Origin: Eukaryota sp. GEM-RC1
Lineage: Eukaryota
Direction of reading: 5' to 3'
Assembly (NCBI GenBank): GCA_040285855.1
Contig: JAUFOQ010000001.1
Span: 2,170,001-2,234,000, forward strand
Length of the DNA: 64,000 nucleotides
The notes below the pieces were generated by a model. That model had not been told where the DNA came from and did no database searches. It saw nothing but the letters and a program-made list of their open reading frames with translations. A program made the translations under genes and the position numbers. This document shows, piece by piece, positions 38,380 through 49,879 of this stretch (position 1 is the stretch's first letter; every line of letters begins with the position of its first letter).

Positions 38380-38982
38380 TCACATTTCTTTGGAAGCAAT
38401 TAATCCAATGTGATAAGGTTCAATAACAAAGGGGAGTTTGTGTATCGCAAAAGGTAAGGTTTTAAACTGGTCGAGAATATCTTCAGGTGTTGGACGAATG
38501 TCAAGATCAGGACCCCTCGGAGTAGAAATATCGCTGCGCCAGTGAATGACTCCTACTTTCCCACCAGGCTAGAGTTAAAAGATCTTGATTGAACTAACCT
38601 TGAGTACTCTGAAGGCTTCCTGCAGTAGAACTTCAGGATTTTCGAGATGAAGAATGTTGAACAGCATGATGTAATCAATCTGTGCTTCCTCCAGTCCTGT
38701 TCCTTGTTCAAGAACGTCTCTGATTTCAAGATGTACATTGTTTATCCCATTTGCACGAATTTCTTTACCAGCTACAACAGCCATTTCTTGTTCTATATCA
38801 AAAGCATATATTGTGCCGCTTATCCGCTGCGCCGCTGGAATAGTAAAGGTTCCGTAACCAAATCCAATCTCTATAAGGTCATGAACGTCAGAGTCGATCT
38901 CCATTTTTGACAGTATCCCAGAAACATCAAAGAAGGAGGCCCAGACTTCTTGTTCAGGCATTCCGCTTTCTCTGACTTTCAT
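38380..38982 (-). CDS. Class I SAM-dependent methyltransferase of bacterial type, 190 aa; 30-nt intron at 38569-38598
   Basis: EIGFGYG motif I, AFDIE, LFNILH. Splicing GTTAGTTCAATCAAGATCTTTTAACTCTAG, which contains in-frame stops, restores RVLK|PGGKVGVIHW...TPRGP...IRP through to TGA at 38380. Confidence 0.92.
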
Positions 38983-39024
38983 TATGCGACTGTTGTGACA
39001 GGTGGTGTAGACTTAGAAACTGTA

Positions 39025-39345
39025 GAATTGACTCTGATGACTCTGATGTGGATTCCTCTCCTTCACTCTCGCTTCCACATTTCTTGACATCAGTTCCATC
39101 ATTTGGGACGTCTTTAAGTACCTGTTTTCTGTATTTCATTCCTCCCGTTTTATCTCTGTTTCCTCGTGTGATCTCTCATTCACTCTTTACTCGTGACTGT
39201 TCTTCCTTGTCTTTGTCTCTTTGTGACACTTCATGTCTTGATCGTCAGTACTCTATCACATACTTCAGGAATCCATGGTTGTTGTTCTAAGTTGTATATA
39301 TAGACTTAACCGGGTAATTTTGTCTGAGTGCCTTTCGTGATCTTC
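39025..39345. repeat. Repeat module; direct copy at about 49890-50210
   Basis: Shared GATGACTCTGATGT, TTCTTGACATCAGTTCCATCAT and CATTCACTCTTTACTCGTGACTGTTCTTCC. Confidence 0.9.
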
Positions 39346-40397
39346 TTCATTCATGTCCCTAGACTTGTTACGCCGTGGGATGTCTTCTCCTACTCTCTTT
39401 TGATCTTCATTCCTTTATCTGTCTCTGTATCCGCGCGTGGACTATCAATCAATCATCTCTCGTAACCACTTCATCCTTGTTTTTTGATGTCTCTTCTCAT
39501 CTTTTTCGTCACTACTGTACCATTTGTTTCTGGAAATGATGTATGTTCTTCTTAATACACGCTTAGCCTTGGATTATTAACTCTATCACATGTGTATTAC
39601 TAATTAATTTTTATTGTATTCTATATGGATAGACGGTATCTGACGATCAAATACCAGATGTAAGGTAAAGACGGGGATTATCAGTAAGTCCAGGACTAAA
39701 TTATTGAGTAGCTGACGGGTCTCGACGGGTCTCGACCGGTTGTTAAAGAATCAAAGTCGACGTGACCCAACCGAAACATTTTAAAAGGACGTCGACGTGA
39801 CGTGACGTCGACGAACGTTGCGACCCGTCATGGCGAATTCCGTCAAATGACAAGTCTATTTCTCATGGTTGCCCTAAGACGATATTACGAATATAATGAA
39901 CCAATAGTCAATTCTATTGGTCCGTTATGGAGTTGTTGATTTCAGACATTAAGCATCTTTTTGAGGATATCGTGTGTTTGCTGATCTGTAGTAGTCCGGG
40001 TTTGAATGTTTCCACTTTTATACTTTCATACTATGTACTTAAGGTTCTAATATGCACTAGTTGATCGTGGTCCGACATGAACAATGCCTTCTTGCTGAAT
40101 GATGGAGACGATGACATAGTGTGGCTGACAAGAAATTATAAAATTAAGTCTACTAATTAGCGTTAGATAAATTTAATTCTAAGCGGCTAGAATTAATTAA
40201 TTATGATTAAATAAATTTTTTCGCAACACTGCAATGAATGTTGCTTTAATGATAGTTTTAATCCTAGTTTCTGTTCACTGTCTCTGTTCTATAAAATTCA
40301 AATTAAACAAACACACTACACAATGTATGTCAATAAAAATATTGTATTTTGGTGATTATAGCATTTTTAAACATCGGAAAATAAAACAGGTTAACGA

Positions 40398-41903
40398 TCA
40401 AAATTCATCCTCCGAAGACGAGCCGAGAAAATCTTTAAGTGTACCCAAACCCGCCATTTTGAGAGCAGTATTTATCTCATCAAGGTCTTTTTTCGGTACC
40501 AATTCACTAGCTATGCTGTCCCAATCCTGTATATTTGCGAGCGTCTCCAGGTGAACAACGGTAGGTTGACCTTCACTAGAACGACCATTTTGGTTGCGAC
40601 CACCGCCCCTCGTGTTTCTTTTCTCGTTCTTCTGTGGTATTTTTTCCTTCTTCATTGGGATTTCATGCCTCACATCACCGACTGGATTATGCATCGGACC
40701 GCTATATACACTAAGCAATTCGTTGGTTTTCAGTTCAGGAGATTCTTCTTCCATCTTAAAATCCTTGTACTGTTTGTGACATTCGGCAAAACTGGAATAA
40801 ATTCGAAGAAGCAAAAACACTGCAAGAGCTAATGCAACAATGAATCCAAGAGCTACCAAAAATCCTAGTAAGTTGGTGACGATGGAATAAGGAGCAAGAT
40901 CAGTGTCACAAAGCCGGTCAAAAATGCAATCATCGAAATACTTACGACCCAACAATCCAATTCCTCTTCCAAAGTACTCGGACAACATAAAACCACCAAA
41001 TAAATAGGTAATCAATAAGTACTGGATCCATGAGAGTCTCGACATTCGCTGAGTTTCTTCTTCTTTTTCTTCAAGTTTGTACAACAATCTGAACCTGAAA
41101 CTATTCATGAGAACCAAAGCTGTCATGGCTATGGTAATTCCATGACGATCCTCAGTACCTCCCAAATGGGAAGAGCTAACATGAACAGACCAAAGGTTTG
41201 TAAACCACAAATAAATCTATGTGCATATTTGTCGTTTTTCCACAAAATAGAAAATGGTAACAAACAAAAAGCGATAGGACTTTTTTCAAATTTGTCTGCA
41301 GTTGTTTCGTAGACTACGTTTGAATAATAAGTGAAAGGACTAATGAATACATGGAACAGTACCATACCACAGATTCCAAAAAAAGACAGGCAGGAACTGT
41401 ATGAAGCTCAATAAAAGGAAGATAGTCTGGAATATGATCATTGGTGACATACTTTCCCATGCAACGTGTTCATAGATACCACAGAATCGATTTGGAACTT
41501 CCAAACATCTGGGAGACCCAAAGAATATATCATATTCACGGAACACGAGAGAAACCGGGAAGGCCAAGATGTAGCCAATGAAATGGAAGAGAAGAATGGT
41601 GTAGTAGGGAGATAAAGCGATATAAACCACACAGAACGATAAAATAGCAAGCACTCTTAGAGAAGCCGCCATATTGCGGAACATTTCTATGATCTTCTTC
41701 CTTCCATGGATGATAAGAAAATAGAGGAGGGACAGCGCCCAAAACATCATAAAGTTCAAGAACTTTGTGTCCTCATTTGTGAGCGAATAAAACGCTGCCA
41801 CCATACCTCCTGTTCCAGCAAGGAGCAGGACCAAATGCATTGGGAAGATGAAGGTCTTGTTAGTAGAGAAACATTGTTTGAAGAGGAACTTGAGAAATAA
41901 CAT
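40398..41903 (-). CDS. Multi-pass membrane protein of unknown function (about 500 aa), two 1-nt frameshifts
   Basis: Three overlapping hydrophobic ORFs (41340-41903, 41129-41365, 40398-41210) can be joined by single indels at about 41381 and 41140; charged C-terminal tail. Confidence 0.7.
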
Positions 41904-42349
41904 GAATGTGATGAGACCACCGACTTGAGAAAGACAGAATCAGTGACAGAATGACCTTCTAAGATTAGATGAGCAAGTCAAGTGAAGTCAAGTGAAGTCA
42001 AGCTCATAATTACACTATAACTAAGAATTGGGCCAAACAGACAGGAGAATCATTGGGTTTTGCCTCGGTGACGACTAGAATCTGATCTGACTGAGACGGT
42101 ATTTTTGTATTTTCTGTATTTTCTGTATTGTTTTAAAGGAGTGGTCTGAAACACAACAATTTGTCTTTGAAAAACTTAATCTCAGTATCAATACCTACTA
42201 GTATCAGTATTACATCATGTCTACAGACAGTACTCTTCACAAAGTCTTCCTGCATTACTATTCCTGAGTTCAACTAGACTGGTATCAGTTACTAACTCAT
42301 GACATTCCGTTACACACTCTATCCATCTTCCACACACTGACAGTTTTTC

Positions 42350-42900
42350 ACTTCCAAACACAAATCTATCGTCGGCGAAACTAAATCTCTTGTCAACTCA
42401 TCCACCCCCATCTGTTCTCTAAGTCTAGTCTCTAAACTCTCAGTTACTTCATTCTTCTTGACATCGAAGTCGTTCCTCCCACTGTCAGAACTAAGATCGA
42501 ACTAGCACTAACCCAAGATGAAGACGTTGGTGACGGAACAACCTCAGTCATGATCCTCGCTTCTGTACTCCTTGCCTACGCTAAACCTCTCTTCAACAGT
42601 CACCTCATCATCATCCTTGAAGATTACAACATGCTTCTCTTCATTACTCTCGCTATACTTACTTACATGAAACAACACGAATGAGGTTTCAAACCTTGCT
42701 GAGTCTACTCTTGGTAATAAGTTTGTCTCTCGCTAAATTGTTCACTTTTACCGTTTTGCTGACGCTGTTTCACCCTAACCCGCACTATTTATGATGAATT
42801 CTACATTAAGAAGTTTATTAGAATAAGTATTAAGAGAAGTTTACCTCAACCTAAACATCCACTAAGAGATTAATTGAGAATCATCGTGTGGTTTACTGGT
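42350..42900 (+). pseudogene. CCT3: CCT3 pseudogene, copy 3 (inside inverted arm 42143-43190)
   Basis: LDIEVVPPTVRTKIELALTQDEDVGDGTTSVMILASVLLAYAKPLF; ESTLGNKFVSR. Confidence 0.85.
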
Positions 42901-44479
42901 ATTACTTGTATTTTTGTTAAATTATCCTTCAGTTCTGACATCAAATCACGATAGTGAAAGCAACTTTCTTTATTGATTTAGCTATCTTTAATATTTAGTT
43001 AGAACACTTGTTGTGTTAATTAAGGTAAGTGTATTGTGTACTCACCAAATCTTTTTGAAATCTAAATATGATTAGGTGTTCAAATCAGAAATCTATCATG
43101 GTTTAACATCGTAATTTTTTTGCTTTGTAGTATCGTCATCAGTTTGAAAATGTTGAAGTATGCTTTGTATGAATACGAGTAAAGGAGTCACGCAGAAGAA
43201 TTACAGAGACCTTCATATGCCTGAAGTTTCAGTTAGCCCTTTGCTGTCACTTCTGCTCACGTATTTAAGCTGGAGAAATCTCATAAGACTTTTGGAATTA
43301 AAGGAGCTCATTGGAGAGAATCTAAAGAACTTGTTAGACAATAAAATTAAAATAATGTGATCTTGTTCCGATTGTTTGATGTGCCGAACTGTAATATTCC
43401 ATTCCACATCAGGATCTGAATCGAAGTGTTTTTTTTCTGTTATCTGAATTCTTCCGTCTGAAAGCAGATACTCATATACTCTGCGATCGCTTGACCACAG
43501 AGTGCTTGAAATTCTCACGAATAGAAATGGGAAAGCCAATTCGTAGTCGCAAATCCAGTACAATAGTTCCTACATCATTATCAACAACAACAATTTACTA
43601 CTATTTCGAAGTGTCACAGGAGACGATCGCGAAGATGTACAGCAGCTGGACCAATATCGCTTACTGTAGGATTTTCTGCGTAAATTCTGGCCCACTTTTC
43701 CCAAGCAAAGCGATCTCAGGGGCATACTACTGAGGATTTTGAGCCATTAAATCGTCCACAGAAATGTTTCTTGCTTGAGTTGATGTTTCCTGCTTTAGAA
43801 GAGCTGCTAGGTCATTTTTCAAAACAGGAAAGCACATAGTCTTCCGGGAATTCATTTGGAGTACACCAAGTTGAGAAGTTGGATAGTTCACCTCAAAGAC
43901 AGACTCCGAGTGAACAAGTGCGTTTTCAGCAGTAGCAGCAATGAGTATACAGTTCTAAAGTAATGATGATAATTGAAGGAACAATACGGAAGAATAACTT
44001 ATTTATGTTGACTTTCAATGTCGTTACTTGTCTCTTTGAAAGTTCGTTTAAGATTATTGTTTCAATGATAAATTTGTTTAATGTAGTTGCGACCTGTTAG
44101 TTACGCAATTAACTGATTCTATAAATTTAACGTCACTTAGGCACATATCAAAATCAGTAAGAGTTAGATCAAAGTCACTCCAAAATAAGTTTGGGTTAAT
44201 GAAAACCCTTCCACAGCTGTGGGGCATATAATTGCAATAAATATCTCAATTAATTGCCCTCTCATTTCTCGAACCAATTCCTTAGCTCGTATTTACTTGA
44301 CAAGTCAATTTTTCTAAGCCCTGTTCTTTACAATAACACTACGGAATTGGATTGAGGAAGAGACATGTCAAATAAAAGAACTCTTAAATGTTTTTCTTGA
44401 TCTGCTGTCAAGGTAACACCTTCCATTGGAGGATAAGAAACTCTAGAAAGAACGGATTTAGTAGTAGTGGATCAGATAT

Positions 44480-44620
44480 CAGTTTCTGTACCCAGAATGC
44501 TGTGAGTTTAAATGGTCCCGCATTGTAGATGTCGATGGCTTTTTGTAGTGACATGCTTTGTCAGAAGGACATGACTTACATTTTCTTATGTGATTATCCT
44601 CGAGCAAAAATAAGACATGA
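44480..44620 (-). mobile_element. BED zinc-finger relic (transposase N-terminus)
   Basis: KCKSCPSDKACHYKKPSTSTMRDHLNSQH. Confidence 0.65.
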
Positions 44621-47171
44621 ACATCAGCTCTTGTTTTATCAAGGGAAAGGTTTAGGATTAGGACTTACATGAAGCCAAAGAACAAACCCAAATTGATAGG
44701 GAAATAGAAGGGGTGATGGAAGATGTAGATCCGTTCTCATAGTATCTGGAGATGTATCACTCTAACTACTCAGAAAGGAGGGTGATAAAACGTACCTAGG
44801 CAGATACTTGGAAGATGAATCATGTCATCATAGGTTGAAGCGAGATGATCATGTCTCTTCTTCACTCTTTCATGTCCAAAAATGATCAGAATGAAGTTAG
44901 TCCACTGAAACTTTCGTATCTGGATGATTTCTTGAATTCCGTTCAAAATATTTACCACCCAGATTTTAGTCTTGTCCATTCTTTCTTCTCATCCCATGTA
45001 GTTATGTCCACGATATGGATATTTGGATGACCCATAGTTTGTTCTTTCTAGATCTTCTTGAAATAAACACTCATTGTTGAGAATGGAGCTGCACAGTGCG
45101 TTTATTCTATATAGTGGGAAACAAACTGTACATATAGTCCCGCTATAATCAGTTTTGACTGTATTGTCTTTCATCCATTGCAGTATTTTATACCGACAAG
45201 TCTGTTCTTATACTTAGTAGTTTTCAAAATTTTGAGAATTTTGGGACATTACAGTGTACTCGGTAAGATGTCCAAAAGACCGTCCTAAAAGAATTAATTT
45301 GCTTTCTCGATTTTTGAGTCAATGTATAGATGTGTTGATTTCATTTTGGAATCAAGTTGTTTGGTGGTAGAAACTGTTTGTAGTTGGATAGTTCGTTGTA
45401 ATAGTCTTTATTTATTTGTTGTTTTCTTGTTGTGTGGTCTTCTGTGCACATAAATGCGATTTATATTTGTCCATTTCTACTGCGACTCGTCACAACCGGA
45501 TGTGACGGTTTGTCCAAACACCGCAGGCCAAAGTTACAATTGATGATAATCAGTGCTCATATGTCAATTTTATAATTCATATAATGCACTCAGCCAGGAT
45601 CCTACTCCTGTTTCTTTTGTTGCTGCAGTTTGCTTTTTAGTATCGTCATCAGTTTAAAAGAGTTGAAGTGTGCTTTGTATGAATACGAGTAAAAGAGTCG
45701 TCTACAAACGAGAAAGTTAACAACTTAGCTACAACCCACTCAAGCCATGATGCAGTAAAGGAAAGTTCATCAATGAGGAACTATCAGAGTTGAGGGACTG
45801 AATATGATGTCTTTTGTCATTTACAGAGAACGTTTAATCATAATTTGAAATAGACATCTTTTTGTGACAACCAATACAATAAGGGATGGGAAATATTGCA
45901 TTGGCATTACATGTGTATTGAAAAACTGCTCACCATTCAATATTATATTGGATCCAGTATATTGGTTCATATTGTAATATATTTAGATTGTATAGTTACT
46001 AAACATAAAGTAAAGAAATACTTATGCATAGTACTTAAAAGTTATCGGATGCAAAATGCATCAAGATGTATCTTACAAGAAACAGTGCAGACGATTCGAT
46101 TTGATAACGATCTACTTTTTTTCAATTCTGCCCTCGTAACAGCGCCATTTCTTAACAAAGTTATTTTCAAGGTGTCCTGGCAACGAAAATGTGGTTAATG
46201 TTGATTATTTGAAACTCTGTTGGATACATATGACAACTCAACTGTTGTACAGAAACTTGTGATATTTGAACAGATACGATCATTGGTCGTCATACTTGAG
46301 AGCAGAAGAGGTGTTTCTAATGACATAGAAGGGATTTCGAAAGCTCAAGAGTTCTTAGATTTTAGGACTCAGGCTCACAGCAAGCCTTAATCACATGCTT
46401 TTGAACAGTTTGCCGAGACGATAGAACCTTCACACGACTGTCAAGCACTTTTAGCATCTTGAGTAGTGCATCATTGCCTTTAGTAGGGGGTAGTAAAACT
46501 GTATGCGAGGTCTTGATTAAAAATATTACAAAGAAAAGAAGCTGTTTCTGTTTTTCAGGTAGAAGTTGACAAGTAGGTGGGTTTAAATTGGATGTGAGTC
46601 GACTAAGTGGGTTTATAGACAGTTCTGCTCATTCTTGTTTGTTGTTTGCGAGCAAATCTAGGCGTTTTCCTCGCAAATGGTAGTTGAGAGTGTTCTTTCC
46701 TGTAGTCTTTGCGTAAGGCTCTGAAGATTTACAGCAGGAAGGATTATTGCAGAAGATTAAACTAACGGTTGATTTAACCCGACTTTTCTCAAAGTGTGTG
46801 TCATTTTGGATTTCAACGAAATTAACAAGATTAGATGCTTCTTCATTGCTACTTTGATTTATAGTTTTTAGTGATGAAATGCAAAGATATATTGCTATAT
46901 ATTATCAAAAGACTCAGTAAGGTTTAGAGTCAACGACGGAAAACGACCAACCAGAGGAAATCATTAAGATACAAAAGGCTTGGTCAACCATTTCGACTAC
47001 CCACTACTCAGAAAACAAGATTTCTTCAGATATGTCATGGTGAACTTGTTGAGCTTAGCACTGGATGTTTTTCACTCACAGTGGTTATCAATCCAGGCTC
47101 TATAAGCGTTATCTAGCGTATCTCTATCTTGCCGTGTACCTTTCCAACCATCACACTTAAGAAGGTGTTTG

Positions 47172-49879
47172 GATATTAATATAGCAATGTCTTCAAATGA
47201 AATTTGGAGTATCAATGGATGTAATTAAATGAGTCGTTTCACGACTCCATAAAGAAAAGACAAGGGTGACAATGCTATCATTTTATTAACGGACAATTCG
47301 CTGTAAAACTATGATAAAAATGGGGAACGACTGGTAGAGGCAATGAAACTACCGAGTATTGTAAAATAAGTGGCTGATGATGTAAGATATTCATTAGATG
47401 AGGCAACATCATTTAATATAGTTCTTGCTCAGAACCAACAGTTTGAGACTAACCCAAAAGCTACCGCTGTTAGTAATGAGATGAAAATGAGTTGTGTACG
47501 TTCAAAGTGGCAAAATGACAAAATTTCGATGTGCACATGCTGTTACTGTAGTTGAGGAAATATCCGGTTCCTGACACAACTCATTTGACTCATGATTTGA
47601 GACTAAAGTTGTTTCACAGAGAGTACCGTTAGCAATAGTGTTCTTACAATTTCCGACATAAACTGTACTACAAAATAAAAATAATTCCACACAAACATGT
47701 CGTCAGAAGAGATTGTTATGACTTTCAATAATTGTATCTTCCATGACCACCTACGCTGTCAACCTGTTCGGGAAGAATAGTGGTGGCGGAAAAGACGGAG
47801 AAATTTTAGTCTTGCTGAAATCCCAACTTTATTATTCGCCGGCTTTATTTTATGTCTTTAAAACATCGTACCACTAAGCGCGATACTTGTTCAGCGAATC
47901 TGTTTAACCATCTCTAGGACTAGGAAGTACTGAAGATGTAGTTCTACTCTGAGATTAAACCGAAGTAATTGAAATCTTGAATAACGTGTCTCTTCCTGCT
48001 ACTATATCTGATAACTCTAACTCTTACGAATGCACCCTCTGAAACATTCAATTGGAAGTGGTCTTGTGTATACTTGAAGATCACTTTTCATGTTCTGTAA
48101 AGCAAGAACATTTTCTTCAAATCACTAAAATTGTCTTATGCCTCAAATAGGCGTTGGGTGAGAATATAAAATCATATGTAAACTAGAGATAGAACTAAAC
48201 ACTGGTTTATTCTGTAAATGATCATGAAGTGTCGTGACCCGTCGTTTGACTGCACTAATTCCGATCTTTGGACTGATGATGTGATGTGATTGACACCAAA
48301 GTTGTTTCAATTCCGGGCATCGCTTCTTGATTTTGTTGATGTTCTATTATTCTGTTAGGTAATGGTGACTGATATGTCGGTTTGCAACATGCAATTACTA
48401 CAGGATCTAGTCTACGCTAACACTATTTGTCAATTTGTTTGTGAAGTTCAATTGTAGGTTACATTCACTTATTTTTTGATACGTCTCTTCATTACAGACT
48501 ACACGCCTTTTAGAGAGTTGGAGCCATGTTTGTACATGATCCACTGAACAATTTGATTCCTGTGGTGAATCACATTATGAATCATTTGCCAAGAACTCAA
48601 GAAACATTTTATTAGGGTACACGAAACATGAAAAAGTTTCCAAAACGCTTGTTTGCATTTGGAAACCAATTAGAATTCGGGATGACGTCTCCGGAAATTC
48701 CATTAGAACATCATACTTATACAGTGTTACAAAGCGTTTATTGTCATAGAAACTCACCAAAAACTATAACCTTCAAGCATATCATACAGAGTGGGTGATC
48801 TCCCATTCTACTCTATTGGACAATTCGATCTAAAACAAGATCGTTGTCAGACTCTGATTTAGATACAAGAGAGTTTATCCACATCAGAAACCACTCCTAC
48901 TAGATTTCGCCACTGGGGGTTATCATTCAAGTACTCTGCTACATCTAAACAACGTTTTTTTGATGCAAATATGTCTCCTACATATAAAGTAATATGTAAA
49001 TGATAAAAGGTCTATGAGTGTTTTATGTGATATCAATTTCCATTTGAGTGGTTAGTGAAATATGGATTTGGGAGATGAGTGTTATTGATATTTTTGCTTA
49101 AAAAAAGAAGTAAAGTGCAAGTGATTCTTCAGCATTGTTCATCGTGTTAAAAACATTTCAGCTAATTCCATCTGTCTAGCTACTGTGAACAATCTCAATT
49201 CCATTGTTCTTGTTCTTACTGCTCAACTTCTTTACAGTTGTCGTAAACATCCACTGGATTGGGTTTGTTCCCATTCACAAAGTCAAGCAGGTTCAGCAAG
49301 GAATACCAACCTGGAATACTTCTTTATCGCTCATCAAACAGCCGTTGAATTGGGCAGAAGATATAGGTTTGTCTATTCCTTGGACTGTACTTACAAAACG
49401 AACAAATACTCTATTCTGTAGACTTGTTTTTGGTGGGAAAACTTCTCAAAACAAGTCTACAGAATCCCATAAACATCTTCCTCTCTTAGACATGGTTCCA
49501 CCTAAGAGAGTCACTTCCATACTTGAGGCACATTTTCCAGGCACATACATCACTTCTAAGGATGTACAGAACCTTCGTGCAAAAGACCAATCTATAGTAG
49601 GTGGAAGTAGCAGCAGAATGAATGGCCTTATTAATATGTTTTCCCTTACTTACGTATCATGAGAAAAATTACCATCATATGTCTGAAGTTTGCTCACACC
49701 AGTAACAAGCATGAATTTCTTTAAATCTCCCTCTCGCACACCTAACTTTTATTCTTCTCCCCCTCAGAATTCCCCTTCATCCGTCCGTTTCTGCAACTTT
49801 TGTAAGAAACCCGGACACACTATCGACTTATGCCGTGACCCGGAATGCAAAAGAAGCAAACTTAGCCCCTCCAACAAAT
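47172..49879. repeat. Inverted copy of 25293-28327, lacking the 292-bp tandem duplication
   Basis: Reverse-complement identity as described for 25293-28327. Confidence 0.93.

Noticed and set aside
1058..41900. Many short ORFs antisense to or overlapping real genes and TE ORFs (e.g. 1058-1339, 19304-19594, 20582-20929, 40551-40832)
   Set aside because: Shadow ORFs with no motifs of their own
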